Assembly: GCA_024704765.1 (NCBI GenBank)
Contig: JAKMXF010000002.1
Location: 62,001-126,000, forward strand
Length of the DNA: 64,000 nucleotides
Reading direction: 5' to 3'
Source: Oopsacas minuta
Lineage: Eukaryota; Animalia; Porifera
The notes under the pieces are model-generated. The model ran no database searches and was not told where the DNA came from. It worked only from the letters and a program-made list of their open reading frames with translations. This document shows, piece after piece, positions 13,297 to 24,642 of this stretch (within the stretch, counting starts at the first letter, position 1; each line of letters opens with the position of its first letter). Made by a program: the position numbers and the translations under genes.

Positions 13297-14588
13297 CAAG
13301 GGTTGTTCAATAAGTAATGAAACTAATGCATCGAATTCATATTCTAGTTAATACAGCTCTAAGCCTAATATCAGATTACAAGCCTAACTTGATTGTCTAA
13401 CTTCTATACAATATAGTCTTTGCTCTACTAGCATATTCTTCAGTATATAGTTTCATTTGTATAGGCTACTTTTGACAACTAATGGATTTTGGCAAAGAAG
13501 TTAGACGACAAATAATTTGGTACCTGTGGAAAAGAGGAAGGCTGGCTCATACATTCTTCGTGAAATGCAGGATATTTTTGGTGATGAACATCCTTCGAAA
13601 GCCACCATATATAGATGGATCGAACGTTTTGATAATGGCGATGAGGAACTCCACGATGATCCTCGTCCAGGCAGTCCAACTTCCTCCCAAAAACCGCAGT
13701 AGTGTCGAGAGGGTCCAAACAATTTTGGATGAGGACAGACGAATAACCCTGAGAGAGTTAGAAGAGAGGTAGGCATATAAAAGTGACACTACACTCGATT
13801 ATCACTGAAGATCTGGAAATGTCAAAGGTAACTACACGTTGGGTCCCAAAAACTTATTTCGAAAGAACAAAAACGCGAAAGGGTCAGAGTTGGCAAAGAA
13901 TTACTTTCAAGATACAAGGCAGAGGAAGACTTTTTGGATCGTATAGTGACGGGGGATAAACTTGGTTTCATTATTATGAACCAGAGAGCAAAACTCAATC
14001 GAACAGTGGAAGAGACGTGATGAACCTGGACCCATCAAGGTAAAGGCCGCAAAATCAGCAGGGAAGAGAATGGCAACAGTATTTTGAGATAGGGAAGGAA
14101 TTATACACCTTGACTGATTGCTTGAGAAGACAACCATAAACAGTGATTATTACGTTGACGAATTGAAAGAATTGAGTCAAGCGATTAAACGTGAGAGGCG
14201 AGGCAAGTTGACACTTGGCGTATTGCTGCAACATGACAACGCAAGGCCCCATGTAAGCTCCAAGACAATGGCTGCAATTGACGACTTAGGATACGAATGC
14301 CTCCCTCATCCCCCCATATAGTCCAGACCTGGCTTCCAGCGACTACTGACTGTTTGGAGAGATGAAGAGACCTCTTCGAGGGAAGAGATTTCAGGATATC
14401 AAACGGCTGGAGTATGAAATAAAACAGTGGGAAAAAGGAGCCCCTAAAGAATTCTATGCCACTTGGCTGGAAAAGTTACCAGAACGAATGGAAACGATGT
14501 ATAAAGCTAAAGGGGGAATTTATCGAAACATTTGATGATCAATTATGAATTATGAAAACAAGTCTCATTATTTATTGAACAACCCTTG
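13297..14588 (+). mobile_element. Full-length defective mariner (DD34D), 1,292 bp
   Basis: TA|CAAGGGTTGTTCAATAAGTAATGA ... TCATTATTTATTGAACAACCCTTG|TA. Motifs IVTGD, LQHDNARPHV and HPP(Y)SPDLA..D, with multiple frameshifts. Confidence 0.95.
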
Positions 14589-14590
14589 TA

Positions 14591-14830
14591 GTTGAAAGTT
14601 AGGGTATATGTAAAGGCATACACAAATCGTCTGAAGTGTAACATGAGCATTCGGGCAAATTTCTTTCGTCAGACCAGAATTGTTCAAGACGTCCTTTGAG
14701 GGTAAACAATGAAGGAGTAGATACAACGTGCAAGTCAATTTGTTCCATAGCTTCACTGTTCTTTCTGCAAAAAAGTTAGATCACATTTTGATTAGGTGGC
14801 TTGTTGCATGGAGGCAACAATACGAGGGAG
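14591..14830 (-). mobile_element. CR1/L2-type LINE, 3' tail segment
   Basis: Minus strand reads NFFAERTVKLWNKL...LKGRLEQFW, the typical CR1/L2 ORF2 C-terminus. It is contiguous with 22885+ once 14831-22876 is removed. Confidence 0.8.
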
Positions 14831-15172
14831 CAATGGCGTAACAATAGGCGGTTCATTGAACCAGGGCCCCGATGTCCAGAGGGCCTCCTAAACTTTAATT
14901 CAAATTTGGTATACGCAGAATTTCTGATAAACTTTAATCACATTGAATTAATTAAATATAATTATTCCAAGATCGGCAGAACCCGTTTCTTCTTATCAAC
15001 TTTTCGCCTTGGCCTGTACGATTCCATGTGTGATGTCACCTGAGTACTTTAATTTGCTTTCGCCCGGCCTGTAACAATCATGTTATTGAAATAATATTAT
15101 CATGTTATCTAATCATAAACATCTAAAATACATTAGCACAACTGTACAATATTACACTACTCCTACTATGTG

Positions 15173-15558
15173 ACAAGAATAGCTGTACATCGATGTTTGA
15201 GCGTCTAAGATTCAAAAAATTTTCTGAGTGACTTGACCATAAGACCCCCATGATGATCCTGGATACGCCACTGAATAAGAATAGATATCTTAGCAAAACG
15301 TTCTTATATTATGTTTTGTTTCATCTAAGTACAAGAATAGTATACGTATATGTATACCATTATAGGCTTAATGGCTTTGTGACAAGTGTAGAGATCCATG
15401 CGTCTGAAAACCATCCTTACATGTGAGAAGGTGGGTTTTGAATTTGGAAGAACATATAAAAGCTCCGAAACTCATGAAATTGTGAATTATAGTTTGTCCA
15501 GATGGGGCTTCGCCCATAATTAGGAACTGGGGGGCCCCAAACCTTAGTTACGCCCCTG
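15173..15558 (+). repeat. Direct repeat copy A (hAT right-end module, ~385 bp)
   Basis: Aligns with 22491-22876 and ends TTAGTTACGCCCCTG. Contains a second internal right-end motif GGATACGCCACTG at 15261-15273. Confidence 0.9.
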
Positions 15559-16949
15559 TAAATAGGTTAGCATTAACACAAGTTTCAAACATGTTTACGC
15601 TTAGTTGCTCTCAAAATTCTCTTAATGACTTGAAAAATGAAAACAAGATTTGTAAATGTAAAATGTGAATAAATCTATCTATCTATGGCCTATGAAAATA
15701 TGAAGGTAATGCAGCAATTTGTACAAGTTTGGTCTAATTGATCCATTGTCGATAATTTGTTAGACAATAATTAGGAGGAATAGACATAGCTTGGTGCCCA
15801 ATAAATAGATATTCATACCGCTGTGTTCATTGGCGCCAAGCTTTAGGAAAAAAAATCAAACCTGGGCTGGTCAGCCTACGAAATTGGCGATATCTATATG
15901 TAAATTTCACAAAATACAGTTTCTGCCTCTGAACCCTGGAGGTCCAGACCCCCAATTACCCAAACTTGGAGCTTATGTCTGTGTTGCTCTCGCTCGATAA
16001 ATTCCTGTGAATTTCCATAGTTGCTTGAGTCTGTTTCAAGGGCGTAGACTCATGGTATGATTGGTAGAGAGGCTTTATGCCATGTAACAAGATTGGTAGG
16101 GTCACCCATACATTTTTGTGTTACTTTATATGGATAAAATACAAATATTGATAGGGCCATAGCCTTGCCAACCCTACCGGAGCCTACGCCCATGATGGTT
16201 ATTCATTATGCAATCCTATTCCTCAGATCATTGTTAGCGTCTACGCCGGTAGAACCGATAGTATACGTAAGCATATTCGCCAACATTCTACAGGATCTCT
16301 GGATTATCCCGAGATACCAAATTCAGGTAATGGTTTCATATTTCTGGTTATTTTCCGATGAAATATGGAAAAATCAACAGGGCATCGGAGCAATGAGTGT
16401 TAAGTTAGTGGAGTTGCAGTAGCGAAATGTGAGTACAACTTAACACTTAATATATCAGTCAATTTCCTATCAATTCATCTGAAATTTGTTGAGAATCTCA
16501 ATCCAGTATGGGGTTTTCCTCCAATTCAATAATTAATACCTATCACGCCACAATGATGTTGCAAATTTTTAAACCTAATCTTCATAGTCAGGGTTTCTTC
16601 TAAGATTGTTTGGAAGGGGGGAATTCTGATACGTTTTCAGGTAAAAGAGGAAATCAGGTAATATTATTACTAATTTTCATTTCTTAAAATAGGAAATATA
16701 ATAATTGACACTTCTGAAAGTCGCCATTTGACAGGATACAATCTAAAAATTTACGTTCTGATATAAAACAGATCCTCTGCAATATAGCATACCACATTAT
16801 TATTGTCTAAGTATATGGATCTTGACCATTTCTTCGCAGCCTTACATTCTTCAAAATCACCTGTTAGTTCTAGCTGCAGTGAGAAAGATTAATTCCCTGA
16901 TGATATTGAAACCTAAGAATCAGATCCTCCTCCTAAAAAATACTGATTA

Positions 16950-17780
16950 GGAAATATATGCAATCAAGTTAGCAGAAATACAACAAGAAGGGGGAAAGGA
17001 TTTCTTATGGCTGGAAAATGACCACGACTAGGAAGAAGCCTTTTGTAAAATTATTCGAGTGCATGAGTCACAATCTCTTCAAAGACCGGAAATGTATGGA
17101 CTACAAAACAATTTAAGAATCGGAAGAAGGCAGTGGAAGAGATAAGAGCACATTCTAAGAGCAATTCTCATATTCGACACCCAGTATCAGAATTATTAGC
17201 TGCCCAAATGGTGACGGTCGGTCCGTAGTTCAGCAGTTACATGTTTTACGAGAACAAGAAAGGATAACAAATAGAGTGGGCATCAAGTCTTTACATCGTT
17301 TTACTCATCTCCGTGCACCAGCACATTTCCTACACTACAAATTTTAATAAGGTGATTGAGTTGATCATATCCTGTGGAGGTGAAGATCTGAATAATTTTT
17401 CTGAAAGGGCTGGTAGAAATGCTAGTTACAATTCAACAGATACTGTTTTTGATTTCGTTGAGCCCATAGGGACCTGGATTGAAGAGTCTCAACTCAAACG
17501 TCATAATATGGAAAATACTTTAGATAATTGGCAGATGAGCGCATTGACGTTGCAACTATTGAGGAGTTTTCTATATTCTGTGGGTGGGTCGAAAGTGGAG
17601 AACCTTTTGAACACTTTTTAGAAATCATTCCATTGAAAAGAGCAGATGCTCAATCTATATATTCCATTATGAATGATAATTTGAAAGAAAAGAACATTCA
17701 AAACAGTAAGCTTGTGGGCATTGACTTTGATGGAGCAGCATCCCTTTCTTGGAAGAACACAGGGTACAAGCAAGGATGAA
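16950..17780 (+). pseudogene. hAT transposase fragment (C17orf113/ZNF862-like)
   Basis: TTNFNKVIELIISCGGEDL, MADERIDVATIEEFSIFCGWV, FLEIIPLKRADAQSIY and GIDFDGAAS, with frameshifts. Confidence 0.8.
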
Positions 17781-17787
17781 GAATAAT

Positions 17788-18660
17788 TCACCAAATGCTC
17801 TCTTTTTGTATAGGGTGTCTCCAAAGTTCAGATACAAACCATTTTGTGTTTCTCCACCGAGAACATGATTTCTCTCCAGTAGGACAGCCAGAATGATCCC
17901 CTGCCACATTATCTACCAGTATATGTAGAGCAGAACATAGCTTGATTGATGCTAAACCACGGTGTTGATAGATGACAGTAGAGTAATTTGCGGCGATAGA
18001 ATCAGCCATCCATTCAGGTGGTACATAAGTAGTATTTATCGTGCTTCTCTTCTTCTTCAGACGCTTGACTACATGCGTTTTACATTCCTCTTTCCGAATC
18101 TTCACAAGATTGTATGGATTTGGTTCATCCACTTGCTGAAAACTTCTTGAATATCCCTATCTGACAAAATCCGAGTATGCCAGGTGATTCTTCTCCAAGG
18201 AGCGTCCCTAAATCCTGTTGGCTATTTCTGGCTCCATACCTTGAGAATATCCAGTATAGTTTCGAATACAGTTTGGATTATGACATTCTAACCACACCTC
18301 GTACTCGGCTGAGCGGTCTTTCCGTTTCTCCTCTGTCTAGATAGAGCACTTCTCACAGAGACGGCTGGTGATTTCGTAGTCCAGTACCTTCTTGGTGTCG
18401 GTAGAGATAAGAGCACCGAAACATATGCTGAAATATAATCCTCTGGTTTTCCAAGAGCTATCGAAGCTGACGGCTACGTTGGTAGCGTTAGAATCAGGTG
18501 ATACTTCGCAGTCTGACCTTTGGGGTAGCTGTTCAGCCGCATCAGACATGGCAGTCCCTACTGCAACTTTTATAACAGCTTCCAGACTGTTCAGATATGG
18601 AGATGTCATGCTCTGAACTGGTGGGGGAAATCAAATATTGTAAATAGTTTGTGAAAGTTA
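17788..18660 (-). pseudogene. Kolobok-type (Pfam Mutator-like transposase domain) fragment
   Basis: VAVSFDSSWKTRG, TKKVLDYEITSRLCEKC, H..NCIRNYTGYSQGMEPE, IRKEECKTHVVKR and HSGCPTGEKSC. Confidence 0.7.
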
Positions 18661-18699
18661 CGCCACGAAATAACAGCAATGAATTATCATTGATTAATC

Positions 18700-19110
18700 A
18701 TATCTGAGGAGAATCCGTTTATAATTCAGTGGATCAATGTCGCTTATGACATGTTCGATATTAACATAAGCATTCCTTTGTAGATGCATGGGTGCTAGTC
18801 CGGCTAAACATATTGTGTTCCACAACCATTATTCAGCCTTTTCAGTGTGCTAAGAGAACTTTCTGCAGTTGCAGTGGATGCAGACATTGTTGCCAAATAT
18901 TCAGTGCACTGCAGATGTCTGAAAATGTGTAGACATACAAACTAGTTTCACACGCAGTTTGTGGTTAATCATTCTATGAAATTGTACACCATTTCTCCAA
19001 ATATTCAGTTCCTTCTTCATCATACTCACATCCTGATCTATAGGCATCGAATATATCCCTACAATTTGAGAAATCTGTATCTTGATAAGATACTTCTGAT
19101 CGATCAATAG
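18700..19110 (-). pseudogene. hAT C-terminal dimerisation-domain fragment
   Basis: Manual translation: LATMSASTATAESSLSTLKRL ... LAPMHLQRNAYVNIEHVI. Confidence 0.6.
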
Positions 19111-20191
19111 AAGATGGCTGGCTGCTATTACCGAGGTGAAAAAATATTGCGTTCTTTTGAAAACGAACGTATAAGGGTGTTTTTATAATTACGCCGCATT
19201 GATAAGAGATATATATGATATAGAAATGTATTATATAGGCAGGCAAGTCTGATATATACAATATATTGGCTATCCTCAATTGGCACAAATTATGGAGGTA
19301 TAAGTGGATATTCACGAAACATGCCCCATCCCTGGTCTCAACTGTAACTTCGAAACATGCAAACTTTTTGATGACAAATTTTGCATTATCTACAGAAACT
19401 GTTTTAGATAACTTTGTATATCAACATCTTGGTCATATATCAATATATTGAACGTTCTAGATGGAGTATCATATAAAATATTTGCCATTTACGCTAAAAA
19501 ATAAGGTTGTTTGGATCTGAAATGTGGTTTTGGCGAAATATCAATACATTTATTGGGGTATTATGCTCAAGTTCCGTATTAACAGCGATTATAGAATTGC
19601 TCATCAATATATATCAACTTTCTTCTATCCCTGGCTCAAAAGTAATGAACAGGCCTTGTCTATAATAGGCTATGCTATTGTGTAAATTACAAAAACATGG
19701 ATTCCATCCATGGTGTACTGTTGCCTACAGTCTCGAGGCATTGTGGAATTTAAACTACCACTAGGATTAAAGATATGAAATGTTTAACAATAAAAAACCT
19801 TTGTAGGCCCACGAGTTTCAAAATAAGACCTTGATAGAATAGCTCATTAGTGCGAATTCTATTGTAACTTTCCAAGGAAAATATTGAAATAATAAAGAAT
19901 TACAATCAGTTTTCACAACATACAATTCTGGTGGCTCAAATCTAAGTCTCGTTGTGGTAAGTATTCACAAAATTGGCTCCAGAATTTAGTCATCCGACCG
20001 GCTCAATTAACCTTAGTTCAAGGATATAGCACCTAAGATTACGATTCGCAGCCGATCCAATAATTTGTATTACGAAAACCGAATTTCAGGAATGAACAAA
20101 ATGATATTTAAAATGGAAAATATTGAAAACAAATCATGAATTGTAATAATTCATATGAATCAATAAATACAAAACTATCTTTAACAACTTG

Positions 20192-21745
20192 TTAACACCA
20201 AGTTTGCTGTAAATTGATTGCTATGTCTGCATTCGATTTGTTAAATTTGGGCGGTATTGGAGGCGGATGTTCAATTAGTGGGGACAGAATTGGAGAGATT
20301 AGCTGATTGGTTTTGGGAGAATTGCCTAAGATCAAGGAAATTTCCTTATTCTGATTGGGATCAACACATAAATCAGAAAATGCATCTAACTCACAAGAAG
20401 AGTGTGAATACTTTTGGATTGGTGATTTTTTATCATTGTGCTTGTTAAATCCGCTTGAAAGACCTCGCGAAATCTTTGAAAAAAATCTTTTAGGCGTTTT
20501 TGATTTAGTAGATGGAATTGAAGGAATATTAGGATTCAAAGATTGAATATTTTGCAAAGGTTGTTCTGGATTAGACGAATCTTCGCCATTAAAGGCAACG
20601 GAAGTTTTCATTGGCAATATGGAATTGGAATATATTGAAGGAGTAGAAACCGCCCTGATTAATTGACAATCCCTGGTATCAATAACTGTACTACTGGGAT
20701 TATCGTTTCTATCAGAGGGATTTCTTATGAATTTCATATCAGAAAAGTTTTCATGAATTTCGTGTCGAAACGAAGGTGATGAATCTAGGCTAGACAATTT
20801 ACAGTCCATATTACTTTTAGAAGTTGGCAACTTGTGTAATGGTTTGCACACGAGATCATTAGAACATTTTTTTGGGTCTTCAGAACTTAATGGATGGAGA
20901 TGGTCATAAAAATCTGAGAGTGTCATAGAAGATTGACGAGTGTGAGTAAGGAATGCATTTGAGTTGAAAGATTTGCTCCTCGGCCAAGCTTTTTCCAATA
21001 CTGGATCACAAAGCAAAGTTTGATTGTTAGACGGATCTTTACTGATAGAAAGTGTACCAGTGGGTAGGGTAGAGTTAGATGCTACCTGACGCTTGAGTGT
21101 TTTTTCAGGAACTGGAGGTGGTTGAATAAAAGGCTGAGATAACTGCTCATTATCACATATGGCAATATCGTCTAATCTATTGATGTTTTCAGAGCAGGAA
21201 TTTGGAGGAGAAAGAGTAGACAATTTGTAATTTACAATAAACTCGCCAAGAATATCGAAAAGGGCAGGAATATCAAAATGCGAAAAAATCTCAAATTCAA
21301 CAGAATTCTGAACAAATGAATCGTTGATGTCTAAATAGGAAGTTAAAATTGATTCAATCTCCTGTTGAGAAGGAATCCTTTGAATATTTTCCTCAGACGT
21401 TCGATATACAAGGGGATATCTCTTCGAATCCCCCGCACTGAATTCATATATAACTGCAGTTTCTTTAAGAATTAGAATTTCTTCACGGATACACATCAAT
21501 GATTGTAGTAATCGTTGGTCCTCCGCTTTAAGCTCAAGACAATAATTGTTCAATGTATTAAAACAATAAGAATTATCATTATTGAGTTCTAAACAATAGT
21601 TATCTTGATCAAAAATAGAAGTATCCAAAGAAGTCGTCACCTTAGAACTAGAGTTTATGGTTGAATCTTCTATAATCGATGTCTTAATTAAATTGAATGA
21701 TTTTGTTTTGAATTTCTGAGGTATTGGTGGTGGAGAGGCAGACAT
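20192..21745 (-). CDS. Uncharacterised 517-aa Ser/Pro-rich, largely disordered protein; intronless
   Basis: 1.55-kb stop-free frame in AT-rich DNA. First ATG (MSASPPPIPQKF) is at 21745. PPPIP motifs occur at both termini. One predicted helix, LELKAEDQRLLQSLMCIREEILILK. No TE motifs. Confidence 0.75.
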   Translation of the reverse strand: MSASPPPIPQKFKTKSFNLIKTSIIEDSTINSSSKVTTSLDTSIFDQDNYCLELNNDNSYCFNTLNNYCLELKAEDQRLLQSLMCIREEILILKETAVIYEFSAGDSKRYPLVYRTSEENIQRIPSQQEIESILTSYLDINDSFVQNSVEFEIFSHFDIPALFDILGEFIVNYKLSTLSPPNSCSENINRLDDIAICDNEQLSQPFIQPPPVPEKTLKRQVASNSTLPTGTLSISKDPSNNQTLLCDPVLEKAWPRSKSFNSNAFLTHTRQSSMTLSDFYDHLHPLSSEDPKKCSNDLVCKPLHKLPTSKSNMDCKLSSLDSSPSFRHEIHENFSDMKFIRNPSDRNDNPSSTVIDTRDCQLIRAVSTPSIYSNSILPMKTSVAFNGEDSSNPEQPLQNIQSLNPNIPSIPSTKSKTPKRFFSKISRGLSSGFNKHNDKKSPIQKYSHSSCELDAFSDLCVDPNQNKEISLILGNSPKTNQLISPILSPLIEHPPPIPPKFNKSNADIAINLQQTWC

Positions 21746-22490
21746 AGTATCGAAAAATATATAAGATCTCTTTTTTGAAAAAATAATCAAGAATACTATC
21801 GAGTATAGTCTGCACAATAAAAAGAATTGGATATTATAAATATACACTATAAAACGCAATTATGTCATTAAAGAGTCAGAGCTTTAGAACCTTATGTGTG
21901 GAAGACGTATCACCTGGAATTTATCTTACAAATAATTCTATGAAGTGGATTAATTTAATATTGTTTTCTAATTATGTAATATGGTACCATTACAAAATGT
22001 AATGTAAAATTGTCAGCTTTATACCCCAGTAGTTTAACAAATGTACTGTAAAAGGACCCAAAATATTTAATAAAGGTTACATAATATGGGAACAGAAATC
22101 ATAAAACAGTTTGTTGATATAATTGTTAATGATTACTTTTAGTATAATAATTAGTTATAAATATAATCTATAAAAATATAAAATTCATATTTAGTGGATA
22201 GAAAATAATCATTGGGCTCTCACAAGAGTTCAACTAGAAAATATTGACTGAATCATTTGATAATTTTGGTTTTGAGCAAAATGCAGGAGAAATATATTTC
22301 TGACAGAATGTAGAAACTCATTTATCCATGCTCAAAAATTAATGAAAATATCAAACAATCAAGTTTTGAGCAAAAGTATCTATAATGAAGTAAGGAGAAT
22401 AGAGAAAAATAATGGGAAGTGAGTTTCAAAGATTCTGATACACGTAGGGAGCGTCTGCCATCTTTAGTGGATGTATATTTCCTTACAAAC

Positions 22491-22876
22491 ACAAGAATAG
22501 CTCTACATCGATGTTTGAGCGTCTAAGATTCAAAACATTTTCTGGGTGACTTGACCCCAAGACCCCCATGATGATCCTGGGTACGCCACTGAACAAGAAT
22601 AGATATCTTAGCAAAATGTTCCTATATTATGTTTTGATTCCATCTAAGTACAGGAATAGTATACGTATAAGTATACCATTATAGGCTTAATGCTTTGTGA
22701 CAAGTGTAGGGATCCATGCATCTGAAAACCATTCATACATGTGAGAAGGTGTGTTCTGAATTTGGAATAACATACAAAAGCTCCGAAACTCATGAAATTG
22801 TGAATTATAGTTTGACCTGATGGGGCTTCGCCCATAATTAGGAACTGGGGCCCCCCAAACCTTAGTTACGCCACTG
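22491..22876 (+). repeat. Direct repeat copy B (hAT right-end module)
   Basis: Aligns with 15173-15558, with scattered substitutions. Confidence 0.9.
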
Positions 22877-22884
22877 CAAGGGAG

Positions 22885-23345
22885 TGTCGTCTAGGTCGAT
22901 ATTGGGAACATAGAGAGGGTGGCAATGTGAAATTACACAAATAACACCATTTAGGAATTTTCCATGTCAAAATTAAGTCAGCTCTTCTTCTATTTTCCAA
23001 AAAAAATTAAACCGAGAATAAGTATTCAAACTCTGTATAGAAGATGGGAAACCATATTCACGCACTGAATTGTCATTTTTGGAATGTTCTCATGCCTTAC
23101 AATATCCGATTTCATAAAGTGGACCAAACAATATTGTATATCCAAGCTTTGACCTTATGAAGATCTTGTAAAGTTATAAAAATTTCAGGCGTGATACATA
23201 TATGCGTGCATTAAAATAAGCCAATAATTCTGTTTGCGCTAAACGCAATCTTTGCTACATGTTCAGAAAAGATAGTCTGTTGTCAATCCAAAGTCCCAAG
23301 TCTTTGACTAAATTGCTCTCTCCAATTATTTTTGAATCAACTAAA
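22885..23345 (-). mobile_element. CR1/L2-type LINE ORF2 segment (post-RT)
   Basis: VKDLGLWIDNRLSF.EHVAKIAFSANRIIGL ... RRRADLILTWKI-like region, ending ...RPRRHS at the hAT junction. Confidence 0.8.
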
Positions 23346-23347
23346 TA

Positions 23348-24640
23348 CAGGGTACGTCAAAATTATGGTCACCCTCAATGAAAATTTAACTTGTAGTTTT
23401 AGAACTTAGATTCTTAACGGCCCATATCCTACTATTCCTATTACGAATAGCCACTTTTACTATTACTCCCACATTCAATAAAATTGCATAGATCTATTCC
23501 TGTTATTAAAATCAATTAAAAATTCATTTCTGTCTAACATCAAAATGGATGTCAAAAATATGAAATCAAACATTAGAAACCGAGCAGTAGCTATGTTGCA
23601 AGCTGGCAAAACAAAATTTTATGTTGCTAAGGAAGTTGAGAAATCGATCCGAACAATAAAAAGGTGCTTAAAGGAGAAAAGAGGTGAGAGTCTCGAACAT
23701 CGGCAGGCTGCTGGTCGTCCAAAATCACTTTCTGGAGCATCGGAGATGTTAATCTCAAAATCTTTGGGAAACGACGCCAGTCGACATGATCTTTGGCTAT
23801 GAGAATCACAGTAAGGGGGAACCCTGTCTCTAAAGAAACAATTCACCAGCATGTAACCAGTGTTGACAAAGCCAAGCAGTATAAAGGGCAAAACACCCCA
23901 TTTTGTCCGAAGTCCAGAAGGCAGGTAGACAAACGTTCTGTCAAGACAATAAAAATTGGTCAGTCAAAGACTGGAAAACGTTCTTTGGTCTGACGAATCC
24001 CCATTTCAACTTTTCCAATTAAGCAATCATCAGAATGATCGCATTTGGTTGAAAACCAATTTGAATATTCCATGTCAAAAAACAGTCAAATTTCCTCCTA
24101 AAGTGCTAAAGTGAGGTTTAGACCTCTTGATTTACAATTCCGCCTCCTATGAGGACTGATACATTTCTATGCAGCAGCATACAATGTGGAAGAAATTCTA
24201 ACAAAGGTTTGTCTACCTTCACCCAAAAGAAGAGCTTCTATAGGTACAATCTTGGAGAGAAAACATGTCCCAAGCAGGATGTGTTTCCATTAGGACACAA
24301 GAATGGTGTCGTCAGAACCTCGTTGCATTCTGGGAGAAAAAGGAATGGCCAGAAAACTCTCCAGACCTTAACCCTATCGAAGATCTTTGGTCGATTATGA
24401 CATCTAAGCTTGAAGAGAAGGCACCTGCCGTAATCTCGAGGCGCTAAAATTTCAATTGAAATTAGTCTGATCAGAGATCTGCCAGTGCTTTTGGAAAGTT
24501 TAGTGAGTGGGGTGCCTAGGCGAATTCAGAAATGTATACAGATGGGAGGAGATTATATCGGCAAATAATTAGGTCTATTAATGCATTAGTTATATTTTTC
24601 TAGTACATATAGTAAGGGGACAATAATTTTAAAACACCTC
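23348..24640 (+). mobile_element. Defective Tc1-like element (DD34E type) inserted in the LINE
   Basis: TA TSD and diverged TIRs CAGGGTACGTCAAAATTATGGTCACC. Motifs VLWSDESPF and EWPENSPDLNPIEDLW. LINE codons P-Y-L-V-D rejoin across the insertion. Confidence 0.85.
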
Positions 24641-24642
24641 TA

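Larger units (their letters stand above)
14831..22876. mobile_element. Composite hAT macro-element (8,046 bp) with cargo
   Basis: Left end CAATGGCGTAAC, right end GTTACGCCACTG. 8-bp TSD CGAGGGAG (14823-14830) / CAAGGGAG (22877-22884). Interrupts a LINE whose frame rejoins across it. Confidence 0.8.

Noticed and set aside
16050-16440. Possible captured exon in the macro-element cargo
   Set aside because: Moderately GC-rich with short open frames, but no recognisable domain or supported splice structure.
21746-21859. First 38 codons of the 555-aa ORF
   Set aside because: Non-ATG start and AT-rich, UTR-like composition. The ATG at 21745 is preferred.
22444-22451. GTAGGGAG as an alternative TSD for repeat copy B alone
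   Set aside because: It is not adjacent to any TIR and matches only 6/8. The LINE rejoin supports the 14823-14830 TSD instead.
15173-22876. LTR retrotransposon, suggested by 385-bp direct repeats about 7 kb apart
   Set aside because: The repeats lack TG...CA ends and finish in hAT TIRs. No gag, pol, PBS or PPT lies between them, and the TSD is 8 bp at the hAT ends.
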